A DNA stretch of 64,000 bases from an uncultured Nitrospirales bacterium (GTDB lineage: Bacteria > UBA10199 > JADGCS01): NCBI GenBank assembly GCA_964609965.1, contig CAZSTS010000011.1:5099-69098 (forward strand), written 5' to 3'. The position numbers and the translations under genes were made by a program. Shown one piece after another: positions 10,864 through 20,919 of this stretch (position 1 is the stretch's first letter; each line of letters opens with the position of its first letter). The notes beneath the pieces were generated by a model. It was not told the origin of the DNA. It saw only the letters and a program-made list of their open reading frames with translations, and searched no databases.

Positions 10864-13800
10864 CCGTAACCACAGGTAGAACTCCCATAAGGATCATTCC
10901 CATAATCAAACTTATTTGCATTATCATAGTAGTTCTTATAACGATCGCGATCAAAGTCGTTGATCATGAAATCAACACACGTCATGTATTTATAAACATC
11001 ATAATCAGGATTATCTAAATCCGCAAAACCAGGATCTTCTAAATTACTACAATCAGCCGCATCAACATAACCATTTGGCAACATGCCTAGATCTGTATAC
11101 ACATCAATAATAGGTGTACCATTTGGCATCACCCCATCATCACGATGAAAATCAAAGCACCCTTGGGTACTGCTTGCAATGCCTGGAATCAAACAACCAT
11201 GAAACGAAAAATAAAGTGGTTTTCCTTGTCCTGTGGCAGCATCAGCCTTGGCAAAGGATGGCGCTGTATTTCCTTTTCCATTAAAGACTCCAATACCAAC
11301 AAATAATAAGAGATTATTCTCATCAAAATTCACAGGCCAACCAGCAAACACAATTGATTTTGAATTAAAATCCTGATCCATAAACCGGTAATTACCTTTA
11401 CCATAACCACCATAATTGATTCCTGAATGCGCAAGTGAACTATAATCAATCAAATTACTAAACTCTTCATTCCACCCATCTTCGCGCCAAAACTTAGCAG
11501 TATCATATCTCTCACCATCCTTAAGATAAATCTGGTTTTTATCTAAGTGAGGTCTTGTTGTTACTGCAATACGCTGCTGCCAATCACCATTATACCATTC
11601 ATCTTCTGCCACTCTCTTTGTTGTAATGGTCACATTCATATCAGTGTATATAAGGTGACCAGGATGACTAAAAAAGATGGAGCGATCACCTGCACCTAAA
11701 ACAATAGCTTTAAAATGCGCATTATAGATTGTGATATCATACTTTGTTTCATGTGTTTCACCATCATCATCCACGTGGGGCTCATATGTGCCAAAGCCCT
11801 CCCAGGAATCATAGTCTGGATTTTCAGAATCAACATCATCTGGCACAACACCTTCATCTTCTAGGAGAAATACAAAATAAGAGCATTCATCCACAAACCC
11901 ATCTTGTCTCTTTGTATCTGACTTAGAGGCGATGGATTTGTAGCAATCTTTTACCTCATCAGGGTCATTGATAGTTTGAATTGTGCTAGGACCATAATTA
12001 TTTCCTGCACACTTTGTGTCATCCAAGAAAGTAATATACGATCCAAATTGAAAAGCCCCATAAACACCTTCATAAAAAGATTCGCTTTCATTGGGATCTT
12101 CTTCTGCTCGTTCAAACACATCTGAAACAGTTTCTACATCTGGTCGATACGCAAATGTGGCAATCCGTCCATAATACTCTACGTTGCAACTATCGAATTT
12201 TGTAAACTCATGATAGACAACCATCCACCTGGTCCCATCATCATCAATGTATTCTTCGCCTCCATTTGTTGGCATGCAAGCTGTATCAGAATCCAAAAGT
12301 CGTTCTTCACCTTCTGGTGTTGTGTATTCAATCGTCCCCACACCATCATCTGCGCATTCAATCCCTGTACCTGTGTGACTTCCTTTTTGAAATTCAAGGC
12401 GATAAGGATCTGTAGGCAAGGGTGAGCAGCCTTTAATATTAGTAGCCTGATGCAAGTATGAACGAATAGACGTAAGGTAATTAAGGTTATCTTTATCAAA
12501 CTGTAACTCAATGGGTTCTGCCAAGCGAGCCGTCCCTTGTTCGCGGTTTAGTTCGAGCGCTAGATGAAATCTAAATGGAGGAGGGTTATGGGCTGACTCA
12601 ATCAGGTCTGTCATAACCATGGTAATACGATCCATCACAAACGTTACACGTTGCGTGCCATCATCACCCAAAACACCTGTGTTGCATAAATTACTCTCAC
12701 CTGATTCCGAAGACATGGCCTGAAAGGGAACTGTGAATGTTCTTGGAGTCATACCTGTAAGCAGGGACGCATAGGCACTCTCTTTTTCGGGAAAGGTCGT
12801 TTCAACTACAAGCTCCCCAGCAAGCATCTGTCCAATTGAAGCCACGGAACCGTAGAACTCAACAGTAAAGCTTTGTGAAGAATCAGGCTCAATGCTAAAA
12901 GAATCACTTGATGGAGTCACTGTAAGAGACGCATCACTAGTGACAGACCAATTCACATTCATTGTATCTTCTTTATTATTATTATAAACCTTAAAAGTAG
13001 CTGAGGTAGGCGTTGAGGAATCTGTTGAAAACACGCAAAGGTTTTGATTACGGCCTTCGGCATATTCTCTTTCTAACTTTGTACCTCCATACAAAAGCTC
13101 AACAGCATAGCCTGAATCCTGTTCGCCAACTAAAGAAACCTTTCCTTGTGGGCCATTGCCACCTGTGTGTTGGAAATAGAACTGTCCAAAATCAAAACTC
13201 GCTTCAAAATCTCCATTGAGTTCTGCTGATGTAGAGGGCAAATACTGAATTGAAAAAGTTGCTTCTGCACCAGCCACGAGCTCTAAAGGAAAACTTAATT
13301 CTGTCTCTTCCCAAGTATACTCAAAAAAACCATTAATAGAACCGCCATAGAATTCTAATGTTTTTGATCCTGTCCCTGCATTTATAATCTTAATCTGAGC
13401 TGTTGAAGAATTTGTTGAAACCCAATCAAGGAAAATATCAACAGAACCATAATAGATTGCAGCACCATCAGATGTAAGATCAACTGATCGCCAGGCTTCC
13501 TCATCTGAAAAACGATAAGCCATTTCCAAAATCGGCTCTACACCACTGGTAGCAGCCACAAGAGGCAGGCGAATTATCCCGAGAGAGGTGTGAAGATTGA
13601 CTACAGCATTCATAGCTAAAGAATTGTATAGATATCCGTCATCAGCCTCAATATCCAGTGTTGGGCTGAACTCCATATCGAGTCTTAATATTTTTCCAGC
13701 TTCTAGGAGGATGTTTTGTACTTCTTGACCTGTGTGATACACGCTCACACTGTATCCACCAGCAGGATTATCAACAGGACCTGTGTAATCAATAAATGTA

Positions 13801-14633
13801 GGCTCTGAAAAAGTACTTGTGTTGTTTGGTTCCAGACCAAATGAGAAACTGCTATCTATTTCATCAGAGACCTGCCAAATAAAATCTTCGAATGAATTGT
13901 TGTCCATGGCTGCTGACAAAAGAACATCATCATTGTTATCAATGCTCACAGAGGTAATCTTAATATCTTCTCCGCCAGTGTTACAAATTTTAATTCCCTC
14001 TGTTCTTGTTTGTCCATACGCAACTTTATAAAAGTCTAGATAATCAACTTCGGGAGCATCATCATCTGAGCAAAAATAACCTGTTGGAATAATTTTAAAA
14101 TCACTAGGACCAGTGACAGAAGCCCTCAGAGGAAGACGAATATAGCCATCGATGTCTGCTGTTATGGAAACATAGCTTGTTTGTGTGCCAAAAACCCACG
14201 CATTGAACTGAACATAGAAAGTTTTCGTCTCACCATGACCAACTTCGATTTCACTATACCCACCGATATTTTGTTCGTTTTCGTCTAGGATCGAAAAACC
14301 AGTTGAAACAGAATATATTGTAAATTTAAAATACCGAGTTTCTCCTGAATTGTTTGAGATAGTAAAGGCCTCTTTGATTTCATCATCTTGTGAAATCTCT
14401 CCATTGAGATCATTAAAATCAATGTATTCAGGATCTGTTGTGATGCTTACACCATTATCTACAAACGTATTAACCACCATATCAGCAAGACTTGTGTCAG
14501 CCGAAGGAGTAAAATCTGGGGAAATATCGAAATCTGCTTCGACGTCAGCTGAATCCCCACCACAGGCAGTCGCTGCTAGAATTAAAAAAAGAACTAATAG
14601 ATGAGGAATGTGTTTTTTAAGCAATGTTTTCAT
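10857..14633 (-). CDS. Large acidic lipoprotein with several Ig-like (ASH/choice-of-anchor-D-like) domains and a Cys-rich C-terminal domain
   Basis: Lipobox AATAC; recurring I.N.G..(L/I) and F.P strand motifs; Asp/Glu-rich. The domain call is inference. Confidence 0.75.
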   Translation of the reverse strand: MKTLLKKHIPHLLVLFLILAATACGGDSADVEADFDISPDFTPSADTSLADMVVNTFVDNGVSITTDPEYIDFNDLNGEISQDDEIKEAFTISNNSGETRYFKFTIYSVSTGFSILDENEQNIGGYSEIEVGHGETKTFYVQFNAWVFGTQTSYVSITADIDGYIRLPLRASVTGPSDFKIIPTGYFCSDDDAPEVDYLDFYKVAYGQTRTEGIKICNTGGEDIKITSVSIDNNDDVLLSAAMDNNSFEDFIWQVSDEIDSSFSFGLEPNNTSTFSEPTFIDYTGPVDNPAGGYSVSVYHTGQEVQNILLEAGKILRLDMEFSPTLDIEADDGYLYNSLAMNAVVNLHTSLGIIRLPLVAATSGVEPILEMAYRFSDEEAWRSVDLTSDGAAIYYGSVDIFLDWVSTNSSTAQIKIINAGTGSKTLEFYGGSINGFFEYTWEETELSFPLELVAGAEATFSIQYLPSTSAELNGDFEASFDFGQFYFQHTGGNGPQGKVSLVGEQDSGYAVELLYGGTKLEREYAEGRNQNLCVFSTDSSTPTSATFKVYNNNKEDTMNVNWSVTSDASLTVTPSSDSFSIEPDSSQSFTVEFYGSVASIGQMLAGELVVETTFPEKESAYASLLTGMTPRTFTVPFQAMSSESGESNLCNTGVLGDDGTQRVTFVMDRITMVMTDLIESAHNPPPFRFHLALELNREQGTARLAEPIELQFDKDNLNYLTSIRSYLHQATNIKGCSPLPTDPYRLEFQKGSHTGTGIECADDGVGTIEYTTPEGEERLLDSDTACMPTNGGEEYIDDDGTRWMVVYHEFTKFDSCNVEYYGRIATFAYRPDVETVSDVFERAEEDPNESESFYEGVYGAFQFGSYITFLDDTKCAGNNYGPSTIQTINDPDEVKDCYKSIASKSDTKRQDGFVDECSYFVFLLEDEGVVPDDVDSENPDYDSWEGFGTYEPHVDDDGETHETKYDITIYNAHFKAIVLGAGDRSIFFSHPGHLIYTDMNVTITTKRVAEDEWYNGDWQQRIAVTTRPHLDKNQIYLKDGERYDTAKFWREDGWNEEFSNLIDYSSLAHSGINYGGYGKGNYRFMDQDFNSKSIVFAGWPVNFDENNLLLFVGIGVFNGKGNTAPSFAKADAATGQGKPLYFSFHGCLIPGIASSTQGCFDFHRDDGVMPNGTPIIDVYTDLGMLPNGYVDAADCSNLEDPGFADLDNPDYDVYKYMTCVDFMINDFDRDRYKNYYDNANKFDYGNDPYGSSTCGYGN

Positions 14634-14700
14634 TTTTGTTTTATGTCTTATGTTTTATGATTTGAAATGGCATTAAACATAAAACATTTAACGTAGTACG
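14634..14700. repeat. Direct then inverted heptamer array (hairpin-forming) between lipoprotein genes
   Basis: TTTTATG TCTTATG TTTTATG ... CATTAAA CATAAAA CATTTAA. Confidence 0.65.
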
Positions 14701-14707
14701 TTATACA

Positions 14708-15955
14708 TTAATAAATCTCCTGTGTAATCTCCCCTTCCAAATGAAGAAAATAATAGGCTTCGTTATCAACTAGGGCCTGATAGGCCTCGTTAGACATTTT
14801 TGTATCATCTTCTCCTGCAAATGTAGCAATGCCAACCAAGGTGATTGTACCATGCCTGATATCTTTACCTATTAAACGATCATCAATAATATTAAACATG
14901 GGCACACCAAAATCATCTGATACATCTGGAATTTCTTCAATATAAGGATGTGACACTTCGCCTGTTGTTAATATTTCTAAATTTAAAAAAGCATTAAAAA
15001 GCCCATCAGAATCCTGTATGAGTGAATTTGAATTGTTGATATATGAAGAAATACTAAACAATAAATTATTAATTTCAAGTCGACCCGGCGTCTCTACACG
15101 ATCTATTGTTCCATAGGCCTCGTTAGGAGCACCAAGAATCAAATCAGCACCAAGAAAAAACGTGTCTGTAATGGCGGTTGGCACATCAAAGCGCGTACAT
15201 TCATCAAAACTGAGTAAAGTTACCGTTCCGTCTTCGTCTATTTTTAAAATAAGATAAACAGGGCTATACCATTCATCTTCTGGAATGATATCAAGATCAA
15301 TATGAGTGCTAATATCAAAAGAATAACTAGCAAAAGCTCCTGTATTCTTAAGATAGGCATTCAGCTGAGTTACTTTTAAATAATAATACTCTCCTTCTGG
15401 CAAGGCAGGCAATGTGCGTTCCGTAGGATTATCGTATTCATCATAGTAAACTCTTTCATTGGAATCACAAAGCAAGGCATCTGGGGCATTGTCATTCACA
15501 GTCGTCACGAGAGAAACTGTATTGGAGAGACTCTCTTCTAATGTGAGATAATAAATAATAAATATCGTCGTGTATTCTGTGACTGAACATGAGGTAGGGC
15601 TAAACTGAAGATTAACGTTGATAGAAGCCCCTGGAACCACGCTAATAGAGACGGCATCTCCTGTTTGATAAAGCATGTTTCCTGCTTCATCTAATATATT
15701 ATAAACTGAATAAGCCCCACAATCATTGTCCGCAAATGCCATGTTATAAATTTCATAGTTTTCTTCTTCTGAATTATTAGTAAATGTAATTGTTCTGTAT
15801 GACGTTGTATTCAAATCACCACTTATCTGCATCTCAGTTGGAGAAGCAGAAATGCTCTGATCACCTTCAGAGTTAACAGAAGGACCGTAAAGAGAGGAGC
15901 AGTTTATCATGAACAGTGTTATGAGGATTGTTATGAATAGTTTCTTATTATTCAT
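14708..15955 (-). CDS. Acidic lipoprotein with one Ig-like domain and a C-terminal domain resembling that of the 1258-aa neighbour
   Basis: Lipobox FMINC; ITFTNNS...FSPT Ig-like motifs; LTTGEV/ITTKRV and LVGIATFAG/FVGIGVFNG similarities to the neighbour. Confidence 0.75.
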   Translation of the reverse strand: MNNKKLFITILITLFMINCSSLYGPSVNSEGDQSISASPTEMQISGDLNTTSYRTITFTNNSEEENYEIYNMAFADNDCGAYSVYNILDEAGNMLYQTGDAVSISVVPGASINVNLQFSPTSCSVTEYTTIFIIYYLTLEESLSNTVSLVTTVNDNAPDALLCDSNERVYYDEYDNPTERTLPALPEGEYYYLKVTQLNAYLKNTGAFASYSFDISTHIDLDIIPEDEWYSPVYLILKIDEDGTVTLLSFDECTRFDVPTAITDTFFLGADLILGAPNEAYGTIDRVETPGRLEINNLLFSISSYINNSNSLIQDSDGLFNAFLNLEILTTGEVSHPYIEEIPDVSDDFGVPMFNIIDDRLIGKDIRHGTITLVGIATFAGEDDTKMSNEAYQALVDNEAYYFLHLEGEITQEIY

Positions 15956-15962
15956 TTTAATT

Positions 15963-16000
15963 TCTGATAGCTGTCAGCAGTCAGCTGTCAGCCGTCAGCT
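15963..16000. repeat. Heptamer array (GCTGTCA-like)
   Basis: GCTGTCA GCAGTCA GCTGTCA GCCGTCA GC. Confidence 0.75.
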
Positions 16001-16002
16001 TA

Positions 16003-19000
16003 TTATTTAACCCAACTCTCCAACTCAATAATGATATCCGAAGATACATGAATGTACCCTTCATCATTATCAAATTCTATTGTTGGGTTTAGAATCACAT
16101 CCTTTATTCCAAAATCACAGAGAGCGTCACGAATAGGATCTTCTTCTCTTTCTAAATTTCCATCATCATCTCTTACATAAGGCGTGGGATACAGCATCGT
16201 ACAGGGATCCATAGGAAAATACTCAGTGCTCGCTACCAAAGTCATTTGTGGTGCTTCATTTTCATCATCCGCAACACCCTCTTCTTCCTCTTCCTCAGCT
16301 TGGCTTTGTCCATAATTGATAATATCTGGATTAAGAACAGGCTCTATCGTCATAGATTCTGGAGTAAAGCCCATGGGGGACTCCCCAGCATAATAAGGAA
16401 TATCATCACCACAAGAAGCATTCTCTGCTGCATCTACCTTTAATTCAAATTCAAACTCATCAAGTGTAGCAGCGCTTATATTGCCAGCAGCATAGTTTTC
16501 ACTCCCTTTAATTTTAATCACAATAGTAGGATTGGCCAGACTTGGATCAATAATAGGATCTCCATCATCGTTTTCTTCGATGTCTTCGTAAATGTCTTTG
16601 CCCATCTTATCGAACAAGGCTTTGACAACACCGTCTAACACATCTGTCACAACATTCACGTCATCATAAGTCGCCCCACCTTTGCCCGAAGGAACGCTGG
16701 CATGAATGTTCTGTTCTGCATAACCAGGTATATAGAGATGAATTTCGCCAGACTCTTTGTGATAAACAACCCTGAGCTTGATCGTCCCGTCTAATCTAAG
16801 ACGAACGACTTCTGATTGATACTTTGGATCTGTATAAATATTGGAAACAGTTTCTCCGTTTTCTGTGTGAGACTTAAGTTCTTTAATACCAAGCTGAAGG
16901 TCTGTTACACCTATTTGGATTTCGGAAGCATTATCTAAACCATCAACAGGATTAAGTGATAATGTAACAGGATAACCTGGGTCTAAAATCAAATCTACGT
17001 GTAAGGAAGATTCATTAAACTGAGATTGAATTGTGGCAAACAAGAGCGATGGGGGAAGGTCAGAAGGAATGAGACCTGCAATATCACAAATATCAAAGCG
17101 CCCTAAAACGACCTTATCAATCCCTACACTCCAGTTATTATTTTTTTCGATATCTTCTATTTCAAAGGTTTCTAGAAGAGACATTGGACCTTTTCTGAAA
17201 ATAAGATAAGCTGCAGCATTCACGATCTCTTCAATATTGAGAGATACCCCTAAAAAGGCCTCTCCTGCAGGATTACCTGAAGTGAGAGGGTATTCAATTA
17301 AACCTTCATTGCTAGAACCACGCCTTAAATGGCCGTTTCTATGGGCATGAGTGTATGAAACTTGCTGTACGGATTCAGCTTCATCCAGCCCTAGATGGAA
17401 TGTCTCTCTAAAACTTGCAAATGTGAAAACAGGAACCCCATCAACACCAACGCTTAGAGGAAGTCTTAATGTGATACCCCCATCAAAGACATTGAGATCA
17501 GCGTTTTCAACATTTGCACCAAAGTTAAATTCTTCCCAGTCAAAATCAGTTGAAAAAGCATTGCCTTCCCAAACCCATGCTGGATAATCATATTGAGACG
17601 AAATCATGGGATTGACCATCTCTTTATCCATGCAAGCAATCATCTTTTGAAAGGTCTCCATAACCCCTTGCCAGATAATTCCCAAGAAAGAAGCGTTTGT
17701 ACCATTGATGGTGAGATCACTGTAAATTGCCTGACCTTGAACTGAGTTTCGATCGAGAACTACTGGAAAAGTTTTTGCTGTTTCCTCACTACAACCAAAA
17801 GGAACAAAATACCCTGGATGTTTGGACTGAAAATAAGCTTTACAATTTTGAAAAGGCTCAATCTGAATTGATTTTTCTTCCATCTCTGAACTATCAAAAA
17901 GTGATGAGAGATTATTATTTGTGATTATTTCTTGTCCGTAAATTTTGATTTTACTGCCATCAAGAATAACTTTATTTGTCCACGTCCCGTTAATCTCTTC
18001 TTTTGTGACACGAATCACGTCTTTGAGTTTAAGTCTGATTTTTCCTACAGACCAAATAAGAGGGATTGTATCATCATTAATGGAGTACTCAAATCCTAAC
18101 ATCTCTTGCTGACCTAATAGACCTTTTTCAACAAGATTGTAGGCAATGAGGCTTCCCCAAAAAGCAGGCACAGAGGCAGATGAGACATCAGCGTCACAGC
18201 CCTTTTCAAGGTATTCATCTTCAAGATCTGGGTCATCTGGAACTAAACAAACATCAGCATCTACATAACCCTTTTCATTATAGCTATCTTCTTTTTCTTT
18301 CAGGTCTAAGCTTTGAACAATCCACTTTCCAGAAACATAGTCATTGAAATCATAAGAATCCGCATAAAGAGGCCAGTCATCGTTATCTGTATAAGTCTCA
18401 GGATCCTTTCCAAAGGCCTCAAAAAGATATTGTTTGTCCCCCACAGGCACAAAGGCTGTTGTGATCACACCGGTGCTGTTTTCTGTGCCCGCACAGGCAT
18501 CGAGAGCCACGTTGAATTCTTCTTGAGGATCACCTTCTCTTTCAAAATAACAATGCTCAGGATCTTGAGAACAATCGCCACTCGTGTTTTCTTTGAGCCA
18601 TTGACGATAGCGCCACAAAGCCCAATACTTTGTAATCATGATATTGCTATGAAGGCCTTGATGAATAAATTTTTCTTGCCACTCAGGAGAGAGGTCCTCG
18701 AAAGCATCATAGCGCTCACCACCATTATCTTCCATGTATTGTCTTTGAAAATCTGCTTCGAGATCAATATTATCATTGTCGTCTTTGGTCCAATTCATCC
18801 AACCATTGGCAACATCACCAAAACTAATGTTCTCATTAAGATAGTGTTCAACGACCTTAAGAATATTTCTGCCTTGTACTGAGTCACGGCTAATCACACC
18901 TTCTGAGAGATTGAGCATCACAGGGGCCCGATCAACACAAGCATCGTCTGTTAACGCACAGGAACCCGCTACCAAACCAAGCTGGCCTGCTGTAAGCGTT

Positions 19001-20913
19001 GCTGATCGTATAAGAGATTCACCTGGCGTAAAAGTTCTTGAATGTGGGCTTTCTTCTCCCATTTGGAAAGTCGTTACCTCGATTGTACGATGGCCTTTTG
19101 TGCTTTCACCCTGAAGCTGCAAAGCGTTTGTGTATAAATTGAGATGAGCGTGGTGGTCTTCTGAGGGTACTTGCAACGTAAAATCAAAACTTGCTTCAGG
19201 CACATCACAAACAATGCGATCAGTTGACGTCTCTGTGCCATCATCGTTTTCAATGGTTGTGGTTTGCGTATAGCAGTTTCCATGAAATGCGCTCTCACCT
19301 TCCATATAGGCCTCAGCGGCCTCTTCAGTAACAGTAGAATAACTGTCTGTATATTCTGGATAGATATATATAGGATAGTTGTCATCGCTGGTGGAAACAT
19401 TAAGCCACATCTTAATACTCGAAGCAGGACAATCTGGATCGTCTTCTTTATCAGGCTGACAATAACTTCCTGTTTCACCACTCTTTGGCGCAGGAACACT
19501 AGCTACATAATCCGCATCAATGGGCGCAAAATATTTTACTGTACCAGAAACCTTGATAGTTGTTTTTCCTGGTGCAAAAAGTTCATTTTCCCTTGGCTGA
19601 GTAATCGTTATAATGGGTTTATCATTATCAATGATAAGAGTCATCTCTGCACTAGTTTCACCAAGAACATTGCTAGCCTTAGCCGAAATAGTATTAATAC
19701 CATCTTGAAGTTCAGTGATGTGACTTAGAGAAATACACAACGTATTTGTATCATCAAAACCCTTGCCATCATCGTATTCAAGCTCAGAGTTTGTGCACCA
19801 TGACCACCCTTCTTCATACCAAATCTCAGTATCAGGGTGAAGCTCTTCGCCATTGAATTGAATATCGTACAAAGTCACTGGCATCTCTGCTTCACTAGAA
19901 CCAGAGGCATAAAGATTAGGCACGCGAATACCTACAGTAAGATAAGAAACATCTGTAGGTGCCGAGGTATCAACCTCGTTTTCTGATGAATCACGAACCT
20001 CAATCTCAAGGCTCGGAACATTTGCCACAACAACGTTTACTGTCTTTGTGAGCGTGAGATCTTTGTTTGTGTTAATGGTCAAAGAGATCGCATACACACC
20101 TTCAACTTGAGGCACGCCAACTTGCTTTGAAAAGTATCCATTAGAATCAAACGTGGTTTTGTATTTTACTCCTGCTGAATTAATATAGATATTACTTGAA
20201 AGACCCTCTTCAAAAATCGATTGCAGTTCTAAATTAACTGAGCCAGTCACTGTTACAAGGTAATCACCTTCGGCATCATCAACACCTTCATGATGGCCTG
20301 TCCGACTATCTATAATCAGGCCTTCTGTTGGTGCTGTAATTGTAAACAACGTTGCTAAAGTTTGACCTTGGACTTTGATGATGTAGGCATAGGCTGACGA
20401 AGAACTTCCAGAATTGAGAAGAATTTTGACCTGCCCTGTGTGAGACCCAATGGCTGTTCGCATGTAACAAATCGTGATGTCACCAGAACCCATAACGCGT
20501 TCATCTGAATAATCACCATTCGCATTATAAATCTGAAATTCATACTCTCCATCCACTTCACTTGTATTGTCTTTATCAATTTCTGCTTCATATGTGACAC
20601 TGCTCGGAAGTCCAATGGAGAGACATTCGATAGAATCCACATCACTTAGACCGTAATCGATAAGTTGATTAGAGAGCATGATAGAAGAAATATCTGTGCT
20701 ATCAATACAGTTACCTTCCTCATCTTTTTCGCAAATATTTGTAGACCCATCAGCTCCAGGATAATACGCCCCGCCATCACCAATGTTTATGGAGCTGTCT
20801 GCCGTTTCATCAAGATAAATATCTGGATTATCAGAGGAACAATTTACCAATGCGATGATACAAAAAAGAAAAACTATGTTGAGGATAAATATTTTTGTTA
20901 GCTTACTTTTCAT
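16003..20913 (-). CDS. Giant (1636 aa) acidic lipoprotein with N-terminal bacterial Ig-like domains
   Basis: Lipobox ALVNC; ITAP/ITQP...V.G.V and G.NTI.A.A.N.LG Big-type motifs; many Cys pairs; poly-Glu stretch near the C-terminus. Confidence 0.78.
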   Translation of the reverse strand: MKSKLTKIFILNIVFLFCIIALVNCSSDNPDIYLDETADSSINIGDGGAYYPGADGSTNICEKDEEGNCIDSTDISSIMLSNQLIDYGLSDVDSIECLSIGLPSSVTYEAEIDKDNTSEVDGEYEFQIYNANGDYSDERVMGSGDITICYMRTAIGSHTGQVKILLNSGSSSSAYAYIIKVQGQTLATLFTITAPTEGLIIDSRTGHHEGVDDAEGDYLVTVTGSVNLELQSIFEEGLSSNIYINSAGVKYKTTFDSNGYFSKQVGVPQVEGVYAISLTINTNKDLTLTKTVNVVVANVPSLEIEVRDSSENEVDTSAPTDVSYLTVGIRVPNLYASGSSEAEMPVTLYDIQFNGEELHPDTEIWYEEGWSWCTNSELEYDDGKGFDDTNTLCISLSHITELQDGINTISAKASNVLGETSAEMTLIIDNDKPIITITQPRENELFAPGKTTIKVSGTVKYFAPIDADYVASVPAPKSGETGSYCQPDKEDDPDCPASSIKMWLNVSTSDDNYPIYIYPEYTDSYSTVTEEAAEAYMEGESAFHGNCYTQTTTIENDDGTETSTDRIVCDVPEASFDFTLQVPSEDHHAHLNLYTNALQLQGESTKGHRTIEVTTFQMGEESPHSRTFTPGESLIRSATLTAGQLGLVAGSCALTDDACVDRAPVMLNLSEGVISRDSVQGRNILKVVEHYLNENISFGDVANGWMNWTKDDNDNIDLEADFQRQYMEDNGGERYDAFEDLSPEWQEKFIHQGLHSNIMITKYWALWRYRQWLKENTSGDCSQDPEHCYFEREGDPQEEFNVALDACAGTENSTGVITTAFVPVGDKQYLFEAFGKDPETYTDNDDWPLYADSYDFNDYVSGKWIVQSLDLKEKEDSYNEKGYVDADVCLVPDDPDLEDEYLEKGCDADVSSASVPAFWGSLIAYNLVEKGLLGQQEMLGFEYSINDDTIPLIWSVGKIRLKLKDVIRVTKEEINGTWTNKVILDGSKIKIYGQEIITNNNLSSLFDSSEMEEKSIQIEPFQNCKAYFQSKHPGYFVPFGCSEETAKTFPVVLDRNSVQGQAIYSDLTINGTNASFLGIIWQGVMETFQKMIACMDKEMVNPMISSQYDYPAWVWEGNAFSTDFDWEEFNFGANVENADLNVFDGGITLRLPLSVGVDGVPVFTFASFRETFHLGLDEAESVQQVSYTHAHRNGHLRRGSSNEGLIEYPLTSGNPAGEAFLGVSLNIEEIVNAAAYLIFRKGPMSLLETFEIEDIEKNNNWSVGIDKVVLGRFDICDIAGLIPSDLPPSLLFATIQSQFNESSLHVDLILDPGYPVTLSLNPVDGLDNASEIQIGVTDLQLGIKELKSHTENGETVSNIYTDPKYQSEVVRLRLDGTIKLRVVYHKESGEIHLYIPGYAEQNIHASVPSGKGGATYDDVNVVTDVLDGVVKALFDKMGKDIYEDIEENDDGDPIIDPSLANPTIVIKIKGSENYAAGNISAATLDEFEFELKVDAAENASCGDDIPYYAGESPMGFTPESMTIEPVLNPDIINYGQSQAEEEEEEGVADDENEAPQMTLVASTEYFPMDPCTMLYPTPYVRDDDGNLEREEDPIRDALCDFGIKDVILNPTIEFDNDEGYIHVSSDIIIELESWVK

Positions 20914-20919
20914 TATTCA

